Shown piece by piece: positions 25,904-33,489 of a stretch of 64,000 nt of DNA (positions within the stretch are counted from its first letter, which is position 1; every line of letters begins with the position of its first letter). The stretch is from Gemmatimonadales bacterium (GTDB lineage: Bacteria > Gemmatimonadota > Gemmatimonadetes > Gemmatimonadales > GWC2-71-9), in NCBI GenBank assembly GCA_036006525.1, contig DASYPP010000047.1:8077-72076 (forward strand). The letters run 5' to 3'. The notes beneath the pieces were generated by a model. It did no database searches. It was not told the origin of the DNA and was given only the letters and a program-made list of their open reading frames with translations. The position numbers and the translations under genes were made by a program.

Positions 25904-25907
25904 AGAT

Positions 25908-26000
25908 GTGAGCAGTGAGCGGTAAGCAGTAAGCAGGACAGGCATCGACCATCCGGATCGTGAAACCGGTCCCGCTTACTTCTTACTGCTTACTGCTTAC
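25908..26000. repeat. Oligomer-tandem palindrome (GTRAGCR heptamers)
   Basis: Left arm GTGAGCA GTGAGCG GTAAGCA GTAAGCA. Right arm CGCTTAC TTCTTAC TGCTTAC TGCTTAC. Confidence 0.85.
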
Positions 26001-26005
26001 ACGGT

Positions 26006-26563
26006 TTACATAGCCAGATCGACTTTGGGCACCGCGCGCTCCGCGGCATCCTCGATCTCCCAGAGTTCCGCGGGCACCGCCTTGGCCATGCCGGCTACCA
26101 TGCTGGCCGGGAACTGCATCTGCCTGGTGTTGTACTGGGTCGCCGTATCGTTATACATCTGGCGCGCAAAACCGATCTTGTTCTCGGTGCTGGTCAGCTC
26201 TTCCTGCAGCTGGGCGACGTTGCCGGTCGCCTTGAGGTCGGGGTACGCCTCGGTCAGCGCGAACAGCCGTCCCAGAGCCTGGGTCAGCTCACCCTCCGCC
26301 TTGGCGGTCTGGCCCACGCCGGTGGCGTTGACCGCCTTGTTGCGGGCCGTGATCACCGCCTCCAGCGTGCTCTTCTCGAAATTCATCGCGCCCTTGACGG
26401 TGTTGACCAGGTTCGGAATCAGGTCGTGCCGGCGCTTGAGCTGGACATCGATCTGTTTCCAGGCGTTGGCCACCTGGTTCTTGAGCGCGATGAGCGCGTT
26501 GTAGGTGACCACGAACCACAGGGCGATGGCCACCAGGACGGCGATGACGATGTAGGGACCCAT
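26006..26563 (-). CDS. LemA family protein
   Basis: N-terminal TM helix plus a NALIALKNQVANAWKQIDVQLKRRHDLIPNLV pattern. Confidence 0.85.
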   Translation of the reverse strand: MGPYIVIAVLVAIALWFVVTYNALIALKNQVANAWKQIDVQLKRRHDLIPNLVNTVKGAMNFEKSTLEAVITARNKAVNATGVGQTAKAEGELTQALGRLFALTEAYPDLKATGNVAQLQEELTSTENKIGFARQMYNDTATQYNTRQMQFPASMVAGMAKAVPAELWEIEDAAERAVPKVDLAM

Positions 26564-26574
26564 GCGAGCCTCGT

Positions 26575-27231
26575 TCAGGGAGTGGAATCGGCGTTGTCCG
26601 GTATGAGGCTGTGCAGGGCCCCCCGGAATGCCGCGAGTAAGGTCGCCTCATCCGGGGGATGGCGGAAGAGGGGATGGCGCTCGTCGATCAGGACCTCGAT
26701 GCCGGGCCCCAGGGTTACCCGGCGGCAGGCGGTGACCCGGGCCTCGCTGGCGTCCTCGGCGTGGGCCCAGTCCTGGATGACCCGGCCCACCTTGCCCCGG
26801 GGCGCGCCGCTCTGAACCAGCGTAATCCGGGAAGGTCCCGGCAGGTTGGGGCCCAGGGCGGAAGCCACCCGGCGTTCCAGCACGTCCCCCGCCTGGTCGC
26901 CCAGGTCGCGGGTGATGGCGCCGAGGGTAGCGCCTTCCATCTGGCGCTGCTTGATCGCGAGGACCTGGAGCAGGTGGCGATAGGAATAGATCGCCGCGGT
27001 CCCGCGCCCTTCCGGCGGGCTGACCAGCCCCTGGGCGACATAGAACCGGATGGTGCGTTCACTGGGGCGGGCACGGGCGGAGACGTTGAGCGGAAAGACG
27101 CCGGAAGCTTCGAGGATGGCGCCGGCCAGCGCAGACAGGTCCCGAAGGCTCCAGGGCGCCAGGGCGCGATACTCCCGGAGCACTCGCAGCGGATCGGCCC
27201 CGGTGGTCCCGGGAAGCCGCGGCGCAGTCAT
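26575..27231 (-). CDS. MerR-like HTH protein
   Basis: TIRFYVAQGLVSPPEGRGTAAIYSYRHLLQVLAIKQRQMEG resembles the MerR wing-HTH. Confidence 0.5.
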   Translation of the reverse strand: MTAPRLPGTTGADPLRVLREYRALAPWSLRDLSALAGAILEASGVFPLNVSARARPSERTIRFYVAQGLVSPPEGRGTAAIYSYRHLLQVLAIKQRQMEGATLGAITRDLGDQAGDVLERRVASALGPNLPGPSRITLVQSGAPRGKVGRVIQDWAHAEDASEARVTACRRVTLGPGIEVLIDERHPLFRHPPDEATLLAAFRGALHSLIPDNADSTP

Positions 27232-27638
27232 CCCTGGCCGTTGCCGAGCTTGGGTTCGGACCGGCCGGATTCCCCAGGCAGCACCGCGAGGATCATCTGA
27301 TGAAGCGTTTCGAAATTGAATGGCTTGTCGAGCAGGGGCCGGTGCTTCAATTCCTCCGACCAGTCCCGCGAGGCGCCATCGGGGTCGCCGCTCATCAGGA
27401 TGATCCGGTCCCGCAATTCCGGCCAGCGCCGCACAATGGCGACGAAGAGGGCGTCGCCCGCCATGAGCGGCATCCGGATATCCAGGAGGATCGCGTCAAA
27501 CCGGTCGTGCGCGAGCAGCTCGTAGGCGGAATCGCCGCTCCCGGCGGACACCGCGTCGTACCCGAAATGGCGCAGCGCGCGCTCCAGGGCGCGGCGCACT
27601 GCGAGTTCGTCGTCCACGATTAGCACACGGTACGTCAT
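27228..27638 (-). CDS. Stand-alone receiver
   Basis: VLIVDDE..ILLDIRMPLMAG..MSGD..DKP. 4-nt overlaps on both sides. Confidence 0.8.
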   Translation of the reverse strand: MTYRVLIVDDELAVRRALERALRHFGYDAVSAGSGDSAYELLAHDRFDAILLDIRMPLMAGDALFVAIVRRWPELRDRIILMSGDPDGASRDWSEELKHRPLLDKPFNFETLHQMILAVLPGESGRSEPKLGNGQG

Positions 27639-28411
27639 GATGCCGCCTGGCGCAGACTGGTGAAATAACGCTTGGTGACCAGGGCCAACGCCTCGTCGAC
27701 CGTCAGGCTCAGCCGCAACTCGCCGGCCGTGACACCAAATACTTCCTTGAACTGGTTCTGCAGGCTGCGGGTCTTTCCGTACCCCAGCTTGAGCGCGACG
27801 TCCTCCACCGTGTATCCCGGGTCCTGGAGCAGCCGGTGCGCATAGAGCAACCGGGCGAGCACCAGGACCATGCGGGGCGAGGGCAGGCCCATTTTCGCGA
27901 ACCAGCGTTCGCAGGTCCGCCGCTGCAGTCCCATCCGGTACGCCAGCGCCGTCACTGAGCCCGCATCGGGCGGCGCGTACAACATCGTCTCCAGCGTCTG
28001 CCGCACCCGGCCCGGCAATCCTTCCAGCAATCCCTCCAGCGCCTGGATCACTTTGCGAGAGGCGCTCTCTTCCAGCTCATCACGGAGCACCGCGCGAAGC
28101 GCCGCGGGTGAATCGTCGAACCGGGCGAAAATCACCCGGCGGATCCCGATCCGTCCCAGCTCCAGCAGCACACCCGCCGTCTCCGGAGAGAGCGTGGTGT
28201 AGAGCAGTACCGGCAGCGACGGAAATAAAAGCCGCAGCCGTTCGATCTCCCGGGTGCGCGGTGCGTCGCCAAACATCGGGTCCAGCACCGCCGCCTCGAC
28301 CGGGCGCTGGCGGATCGTGTCTACGACGTCGCCCCACGAGGCGAGTCCGACGAAATCGTACAGTTTCGCGTCAGCTGTACGAAGCTGATGCAGTCGGACA
28401 GCGGGGACCAT
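27635..28411 (-). CDS. AraC-family transcriptional regulator with receiver-like N-domain
   Basis: C-terminal AraC HTH (LARLLYAHRLLQDPGYTVEDVALKLGYGKTRSLQNQFKEVFGVTAGELR). Start taken at ATG 28411 (residue 82 of ORF 27635..28654). Confidence 0.7.
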   Translation of the reverse strand: MVPAVRLHQLRTADAKLYDFVGLASWGDVVDTIRQRPVEAAVLDPMFGDAPRTREIERLRLLFPSLPVLLYTTLSPETAGVLLELGRIGIRRVIFARFDDSPAALRAVLRDELEESASRKVIQALEGLLEGLPGRVRQTLETMLYAPPDAGSVTALAYRMGLQRRTCERWFAKMGLPSPRMVLVLARLLYAHRLLQDPGYTVEDVALKLGYGKTRSLQNQFKEVFGVTAGELRLSLTVDEALALVTKRYFTSLRQAAS

Positions 28412-28430
28412 CGCCAGGAGGAGTTTCGAA

Positions 28431-28467
28431 TGTCGCAAAAAGGGCCCTCGTTGTCGCAAAATGGGCC
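28431..28467. promoter_or_regulatory. Direct-repeat operator candidate (two 16-mers, 21-nt phase)
   Basis: TGTCGCAAAAAGGGCC (28431-28446) and TGTCGCAAAATGGGCC (28452-28467), between the divergent AraC-like gene and the peptide gene. Confidence 0.55.
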
Positions 28468-28535
28468 TAATTCGCCCACCCCGCGGCCGCGATGTTTGAA
28501 CTGCCCCCACGAACTTACCGCCAAGGAGTCGACTG

Positions 28536-28673
28536 ATGTCCACCACCAAGCGTATCGCCCTCGCCCTGCTCGTCGCCACGATGTTCGGAACCGCAGCCTG
28601 CGCGGACTCCACGGGTCCCAGGAATGATACGACCTGCACGGAGACCCAGGGCACCGGCGGACGGTGCCACTAA
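28536..28673 (+). CDS. 45-aa secreted or lipidated Cys-containing peptide precursor
   Basis: Not in the ORF track because it is under 60 aa. AAGGAG sits 7 nt upstream of the ATG. Sequence MSTTKRIALALLVATMFGTAAC-ADSTGPRNDTTCTETQGTGGRCH. Third codon positions are almost all G/C. Confidence 0.55.
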   Translation: MSTTKRIALALLVATMFGTAACADSTGPRNDTTCTETQGTGGRCH

Positions 28674-28677
28674 GGCG

Positions 28678-30162
28678 TCAGGCGTACGCTCCTGCGGCGA
28701 CCAGTTCGCGCAGCCCGGCGGAAACCTCGGCAACGGCCGGAGCCATATCGATGGCTTCGGCCGCTGTGACTTTGAGGTCCTGCTCGTCGTGACACACTTC
28801 GAGATTCCGGAGCACACGGTCCACCCGGAAGTACCACTCGTTCAGCCGACGCTCCTCCGCCATTCCGAGGGCCTCGCGTAACACCGCGCGGGCCCGGCTG
28901 TCCTTGCCGAAACGGGCGAAGCCGATTCCAACCTTGTACCGGTAGTCGATCGCCATGCTGGGAGGCATCCGAGCTTCAAACGTCCGCGCCTCCTGGCGAA
29001 ATCGCTCGAATGCGATCCGGTTGCCGACCGCGGATTCCATCTCCATCAGTTCGAGGCAGGTATTGGCCCGAATGATGAAGCTCGAATCGGAGCTCAGCAC
29101 CATGTTATAGCATTGCCGCGCGGCGTCGTACGCGCCGACGGCGCGAAGCCCGATGCCCAGGTCGCCCAGCACCCGGGTCCGTTGCAACTCGTCTCGCAGC
29201 GAGAGGAGCGCACGGTACCGGGTGAGCAGCGCGTCGTGGAGATTGCCCTGCCGGTCCAGCACCACCGAAAGGTCGGAGAGCGCGCGCCCGTGTACGTCGG
29301 CCAGCTCCGGGGACCCGGTTTCCGCGACGACCAGCTCCAGGATCTCGCGCGAAGTCGGGAGATTGCCCTGGCCCCGGAGCACGTTGGCCTTGCCGATCCG
29401 GGCCAGCATCACGGTGCCGACATCCCGCGTCTCAACCCCGGCCTGTTCCGCCAGGTTGTAGGACAGGTTGGCCGGCTCCCAGCGCGCCAGCATCCGGTTC
29501 AGCCGGGCGACGAACAGCGCCATGGTCGCGGCATCCACCGGTGGAATCGCGTCCCGGTAGGTGCGGCCCCCCAGCCGCAGGATGTCGAGCGCTTCCTCGA
29601 ATCGGCCTTCGTGCTCCAGGTAATAGGCATATGCCACCAGCGCCATGCGCAGGATGGCATCCCGGTGCTCCGGCTCGCTGCTCACCGAGTCCACGATACC
29701 GCGGGTGTGGGCCACCTCGGTTTCCTCGGTCGGCAGTTCGACCAGAAACTTCCGAGTGCTCTCCAGCTGCCAGCGGAAACCTTCGATGTCGTCGGGATTG
29801 TCGGTGATCGTGAGACGGCGGTCCACCAGGCGGGCAACCAGGTACGCGCCCAGCGCGATGCGGGCGGGAACATCGAGGCCTCGCTCCCGTTCGGCGCGGG
29901 CGCGGGTCAGGAACGGGGCAAAATCGAGATGGTCGGTGGAACTGTCGGAAGTAAAGAGTTCCAGAGCTGAAACCGCCACCTTGCCTCCCAGAGAATGAAC
30001 CCCAACGGCACGAGCCCTACGGGCTAGTATGCCGTATGCGGTTCCGCCTAGCAAGACCTCTGGGGGTGAGGGACCTGCCTGGACTGCTCCATCGATCAGG
30101 TCCTCCATAATGGCAGGAAGCATGCCCCCTGGACGACTCCATCGCCATCCACCCAACCGCAT
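28678..30162 (-). CDS. Cytoplasmic TPR-repeat protein
   Basis: Helical-repeat sequence with TPR-like A/Y/L periodicity and no signal peptide. Start uncertain (several in-frame Met near the N-terminus). Confidence 0.6.
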   Translation of the reverse strand: MRLGGWRWSRPGGMLPAIMEDLIDGAVQAGPSPPEVLLGGTAYGILARRARAVGVHSLGGKVAVSALELFTSDSSTDHLDFAPFLTRARAERERGLDVPARIALGAYLVARLVDRRLTITDNPDDIEGFRWQLESTRKFLVELPTEETEVAHTRGIVDSVSSEPEHRDAILRMALVAYAYYLEHEGRFEEALDILRLGGRTYRDAIPPVDAATMALFVARLNRMLARWEPANLSYNLAEQAGVETRDVGTVMLARIGKANVLRGQGNLPTSREILELVVAETGSPELADVHGRALSDLSVVLDRQGNLHDALLTRYRALLSLRDELQRTRVLGDLGIGLRAVGAYDAARQCYNMVLSSDSSFIIRANTCLELMEMESAVGNRIAFERFRQEARTFEARMPPSMAIDYRYKVGIGFARFGKDSRARAVLREALGMAEERRLNEWYFRVDRVLRNLEVCHDEQDLKVTAAEAIDMAPAVAEVSAGLRELVAAGAYA

Positions 30163-30280
30163 ACAGCCTATGGACCTGTCACCCGACGCAGGGTTGCAGC
30201 CGGTAACCGCTCGCGCTTTTGTGTTGCGTCCCGCATTCGTTGGATGCCGACCGGCGCATCACTCGACGTTAGACTGGGTC

Positions 30281-30712
30281 ATGCAACGGGGCATGACGTT
30301 GATCGAACTGGCCATTGTGCTGGTGCTTATGGGACTCCTGGCCGGTGCGGCCGGACCCAGTGTCGCCGGCCTGCGAGACCGCTACTTCGTCACCAGCATG
30401 GCCAGCGCGGTGGCCAACGCCCACAACCGGGCTCGAATCCACGCAGTGATGACCGGTGCGGCCACCGAACTCGAAGTGCGGGCCGATTCGTTGATCGTGC
30501 GCAGTATGACCGGAAGTGACACCACGCTGGTCTGGGCGGCGCCGGGCCCGGCGAGCCAGGGCATCACCCTGGGCGGCGCTCCCCGGGTCCTGCAGTTCGC
30601 GCCCACCGGCGTCACCATGGGCTTCGCCAACGCCACCTTCGTTCTGACCCGCGGGAGCGGCCACCGCCAGGTTGTCGTGTCACGGCTGGGGCGGGTCCGC
30701 GTGCTGCCCTGA
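30281..30712 (+). CDS. GspH/FimT-type pseudopilin (prepilin N-terminal methylation motif)
   Basis: MQRG-MTLIELAIVLVLMGLLAG prepilin leader and hydrophobic helix. Confidence 0.7.
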   Translation: MQRGMTLIELAIVLVLMGLLAGAAGPSVAGLRDRYFVTSMASAVANAHNRARIHAVMTGAATELEVRADSLIVRSMTGSDTTLVWAAPGPASQGITLGGAPRVLQFAPTGVTMGFANATFVLTRGSGHRQVVVSRLGRVRVLP

Positions 30713-30755
30713 ACCCGGCCTCGGTGGTTTGTTGACGGCACCATCCAGGTTGGGG

Positions 30756-30791
30756 GGTCCGGAGGCCGGTCTGGCTCCGGACCATTTTCTT
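30756..30791. terminator. Hairpin between pseudopilin gene and convergent Fis-HTH gene
   Basis: GGTCCGGAG ... CTCCGGACC (9 bp) followed by ATTTTCTT. Confidence 0.55.
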
Positions 30792-30795
30792 GCTG

Positions 30796-31197
30796 TCACC
30801 CTCCACGCTTCATTTCCGTCCCGACGTTCTCCAATCCGTACTTCCGGAGTTTCGCAAGCATCGTCGATCGGGCAATCCCCAGGATCCGCGCCGCCTGTCG
30901 CCGGTTGCCGTGAGTGTGCCGCAGGGTCAGAGCGATGTGGCGCCGCTCCGCCTCCTCGAGAGAGTCGGGCGGATGGGACCCCGAAGGGTTCAACGCCTCC
31001 TGCAACCGGGGCAGGTCCAGTCCGGGCAACCGCAGGTCGAGGGCGAGAAAATCGAGACCCGGCGTAGCGAGCGCTTCTGCCGCTTCCCCCGGTGTCGCCG
31101 CGGTCACCAGCACATGGCCGGCCGAGCGCAGGATCTCCTCAACCCCTCGGCGCCGCGTGACGTCCGGGACCAGGCTCAGGGTGTGGAACGGAGGCAT
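30796..31197 (-). CDS. Fis-type HTH protein with truncated receiver-like N-terminus
   Basis: C-terminal NRRQAARILGIARSTMLAKLRKYGL motif. The N-terminus keeps only part of a REC fold (FLALDLRLPG). Confidence 0.6.
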   Translation of the reverse strand: MPPFHTLSLVPDVTRRRGVEEILRSAGHVLVTAATPGEAAEALATPGLDFLALDLRLPGLDLPRLQEALNPSGSHPPDSLEEAERRHIALTLRHTHGNRRQAARILGIARSTMLAKLRKYGLENVGTEMKRGG

Positions 31198-31279
31198 CCC
31201 CTAAGATAGGCGTTTTTCTGCTTACCGGCGGCGGGGATTTGGTACCAACTTTTTGGGCCCGGGATCCCATCTTGTCGCC

Positions 31280-32278
31280 ATGCTGACGCTGACCAGGCTG
31301 GATGGCGTGGTGGACCTGAACCGGCTGGAGATCGGAGCCCCGGTGAGCGAACCGCTCCTGGTCTGGGACGTGGAGCAACGCTCGGCGGGAACCCAGCCGT
31401 TCGTGGTCCTCACACTCGGCAACTGCAAAGGCAGGCTCCAGAGCGCGCCGTTCTGGCCCGAAGACCTGCCCAAGCTGGAAGGTATCGAGCGGGGCGCCGT
31501 CGTCAGCGTCCACGGGGAGATCGCGACCTACCGGGAACGGCGGCAGCTGAAGGTTGCCCAGATCCGGCCGCTCCCCCGAGACGGCGTGGCGTGGCCGGCC
31601 CTGATGCCGTCGGTTGGAGATACCAGAACGTATTGGGACCAGCTGGATCAGTGGCGCCACGGCACGAGCGCACCCCGGCTTCGCTCCGTGCTCGACCTAT
31701 TCTATGAGGACTCGGAGTTTCGCCAGGCTTATGGTGAGTGCCCCGCCAGCTTGAGCGGGCATCACGCCAGGCTGGGAGGGCTGCTGCAACACACCTGCGA
31801 AGTCGCCCGGATCGGTCTCTGCCTCGCGGAAACCACGGGAGCGGATCGGGACCTGGTCCTGGCCGGCGCGCTGCTCCATGACATCGGCAAGCTGGAGAGC
31901 TATACCTGGAGCGGCACCTTTGCCATGACCGACCGGGGTTCCCTTTGCGGTCACGTCGTGCTGGGATCGCTCATGCTGGCAGCTCGGCTGGGCGCGGCCC
32001 CACCAACCCTTTGCTCCGGCCCGGAGCACAACCTGCTGCACCACCTGATCCTGTCACACCACGGATTGCTGGAACACGGCGCGCCCGTCACCCCGATGAC
32101 GCTGGAAGCCGAGGTGCTCCATTTCGCCGATAACGCGAGCGCCCGGACGGGCAGCATGGGCGAGGCGCTGGAGGACCCGCAGAATTTTTCGGGAACGGAC
32201 CCGGTGAGCGCCAGGCCGGTGTGGCAACTGGATCGGCGGCGGGTGTACCGGGGAAAATCGGATTGGGGGAGAAAATAG
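31280..32278 (+). CDS. OB-fold plus HD-domain protein (YhaM-like 3'-5' exoribonuclease family)
   Basis: LLHDIGKLESY and ILSHHG motifs after an N-terminal OB-like segment. ATG 31280 chosen over TTG 31253. Confidence 0.7.
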   Translation: MLTLTRLDGVVDLNRLEIGAPVSEPLLVWDVEQRSAGTQPFVVLTLGNCKGRLQSAPFWPEDLPKLEGIERGAVVSVHGEIATYRERRQLKVAQIRPLPRDGVAWPALMPSVGDTRTYWDQLDQWRHGTSAPRLRSVLDLFYEDSEFRQAYGECPASLSGHHARLGGLLQHTCEVARIGLCLAETTGADRDLVLAGALLHDIGKLESYTWSGTFAMTDRGSLCGHVVLGSLMLAARLGAAPPTLCSGPEHNLLHHLILSHHGLLEHGAPVTPMTLEAEVLHFADNASARTGSMGEALEDPQNFSGTDPVSARPVWQLDRRRVYRGKSDWGRK

Positions 32279-32283
32279 AACGA

Positions 32284-32307
32284 CCGCCTAACCCTCAGAT
32301 TAGGCGG
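32284..32307 (+). terminator. Hairpin downstream of the YhaM-like gene
   Basis: CCGCCTAA ... TTAGGCGG, 6 nt after the stop. Confidence 0.5.
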
Positions 32308-32814
32308 CCGTCCCCACATTGACTACCCGAGGTCGGAGCATCTGCTGCCGTTCTTCTCTCAGTGCCTTCGGATGGCTGAAGCGCCACTCGGTAAGGCTGG
32401 CTGAGGCCTCGGCTTCCATCCCCAGGCCGGATGGCCAAATCCCACCTGGTTCGTCATTGTGAGCGCTGCGATTCCGGTCGAGTCGCGGACCGACCTATCG
32501 CACGGCACCCCGAGGCGCAGGATCGGAGCGGATGAAGCACGCGACTGGCTTCATCTGTTCCAGCCGGAGTGATCACCGGGATCGACAGCCACCTGAGCCC
32601 TTGGTTGCGTCGGCAGCTTCCCCCGAAATCCCGCTGGAACACGCCAAACGCTCTTCTGAGAAACGCGGGGTTTCAAAGCGATCTCGTCTGACGGTGAGCC
32701 AAAGATAGGGTCCGCTGGTGAACTCGCAAGTGCCTGTCTTTATTCGGTTTAGCTCACTTCGCGTGGATGATTTGTGGATTGCTAACTCGTGCCGGAACGC
32801 ATGATTAGCAGGCC

Positions 32815-32834
32815 TCTCCACAATCGTGTGGAGA
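32815..32834 (-). terminator. Hairpin downstream of gene 32878..33489
   Basis: TCTCCACA-ATCG-TGTGGAGA. Confidence 0.45.
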
Positions 32835-32877
32835 ATGTGTATCAGCGTCCCGAAGCGTTTTGTGGGGAAAATGTTGA

Positions 32878-33489
32878 TTAGTTCGCGCGACCGCTGGCGA
32901 AGGGATTGGGTCCTTCTCCGGCTCCGTATGGCCGCACGGTGATCCCGAGGCTGGCGAGGAAGGCTTCGGCGGCGCGTTCGAACTTCTTGCCCACCATCAC
33001 CGCGTCGGAAGCGCTGCGAGACCCGGCATCCCGGATCGACGCGGCCCGCGCCAAGTCGGCGTACTGGTCGAACTCGGTCACACACTGAGAGAGCGCAAGG
33101 CGCAACTCGCCCTGGGCCTTGGAGACGTCATTGCGCGCCCGCAGGGATGCGCGGACCGCATACGGGCTTTCCAGCAGGTCCTGCCGGGCCGAATCAACCC
33201 CGCGGAGCGCGGTGGAGCAGGCGGTGCGCACCGCACGAGTGCGGGAGAGCAGCAGCGCGTCGCTGGCGGTCCGGATATCCCGGGTCAGCCGTGACGACGC
33301 GGCATCGATGGCCCTCAGGGTGTCGCGGAATACCAGGTACTCATCGCGCATCCGGGTCGACACCGAATCCAGCTTCGGATCGGGCTTGATGAATCCGCCC
33401 GCCTGGGCTGAGATGGAACCGGTTGCCAGCGCGAGCAGAACGGCGGAAACCGCTAGGACTCTAAGCCGACTTCTATGTAGCGATAAGAT
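32878..33489 (-). CDS. Secreted hypothetical protein, probable ATC start
   Basis: The frame of ORF 32878..33363 is open upstream and encodes a signal peptide (HRSRLRVLAVSAVLLALATGSISAQA) with no ATG/GTG/TTG. GGAGG sits 7 nt upstream of ATC 33489. Confidence 0.5.
   Translation of the reverse strand: MLSLHRSRLRVLAVSAVLLALATGSISAQAGGFIKPDPKLDSVSTRMRDEYLVFRDTLRAIDAASSRLTRDIRTASDALLLSRTRAVRTACSTALRGVDSARQDLLESPYAVRASLRARNDVSKAQGELRLALSQCVTEFDQYADLARAASIRDAGSRSASDAVMVGKKFERAAEAFLASLGITVRPYGAGEGPNPFASGRAN

Noticed and set aside
28388-28627. 79-aa + strand ORF, with an internal ATG at 28430 sitting 8 nt behind AGGAGG.
   Set aside because: Its third-position G/C bias is clearly weaker than that of the overlapping 45-codon peptide frame. 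Its first codons (SQKGPS LSQNGP) simply read through the two operator direct repeats. It remains possible as a leader peptide, but I do not call it.
32308-32814. Tested the non-coding island by eye for RNase P RNA, tmRNA, tRNA, SRP RNA, and cobalamin or TPP riboswitch cores.
   Set aside because: No GAGGAAAGUCCGG, no GGUUCGAAUCC-type T-arm with a CCA end, no B12 box and no CUGAGA/ACCUGA pairing was found on either strand. It is left as unassigned rather than called.
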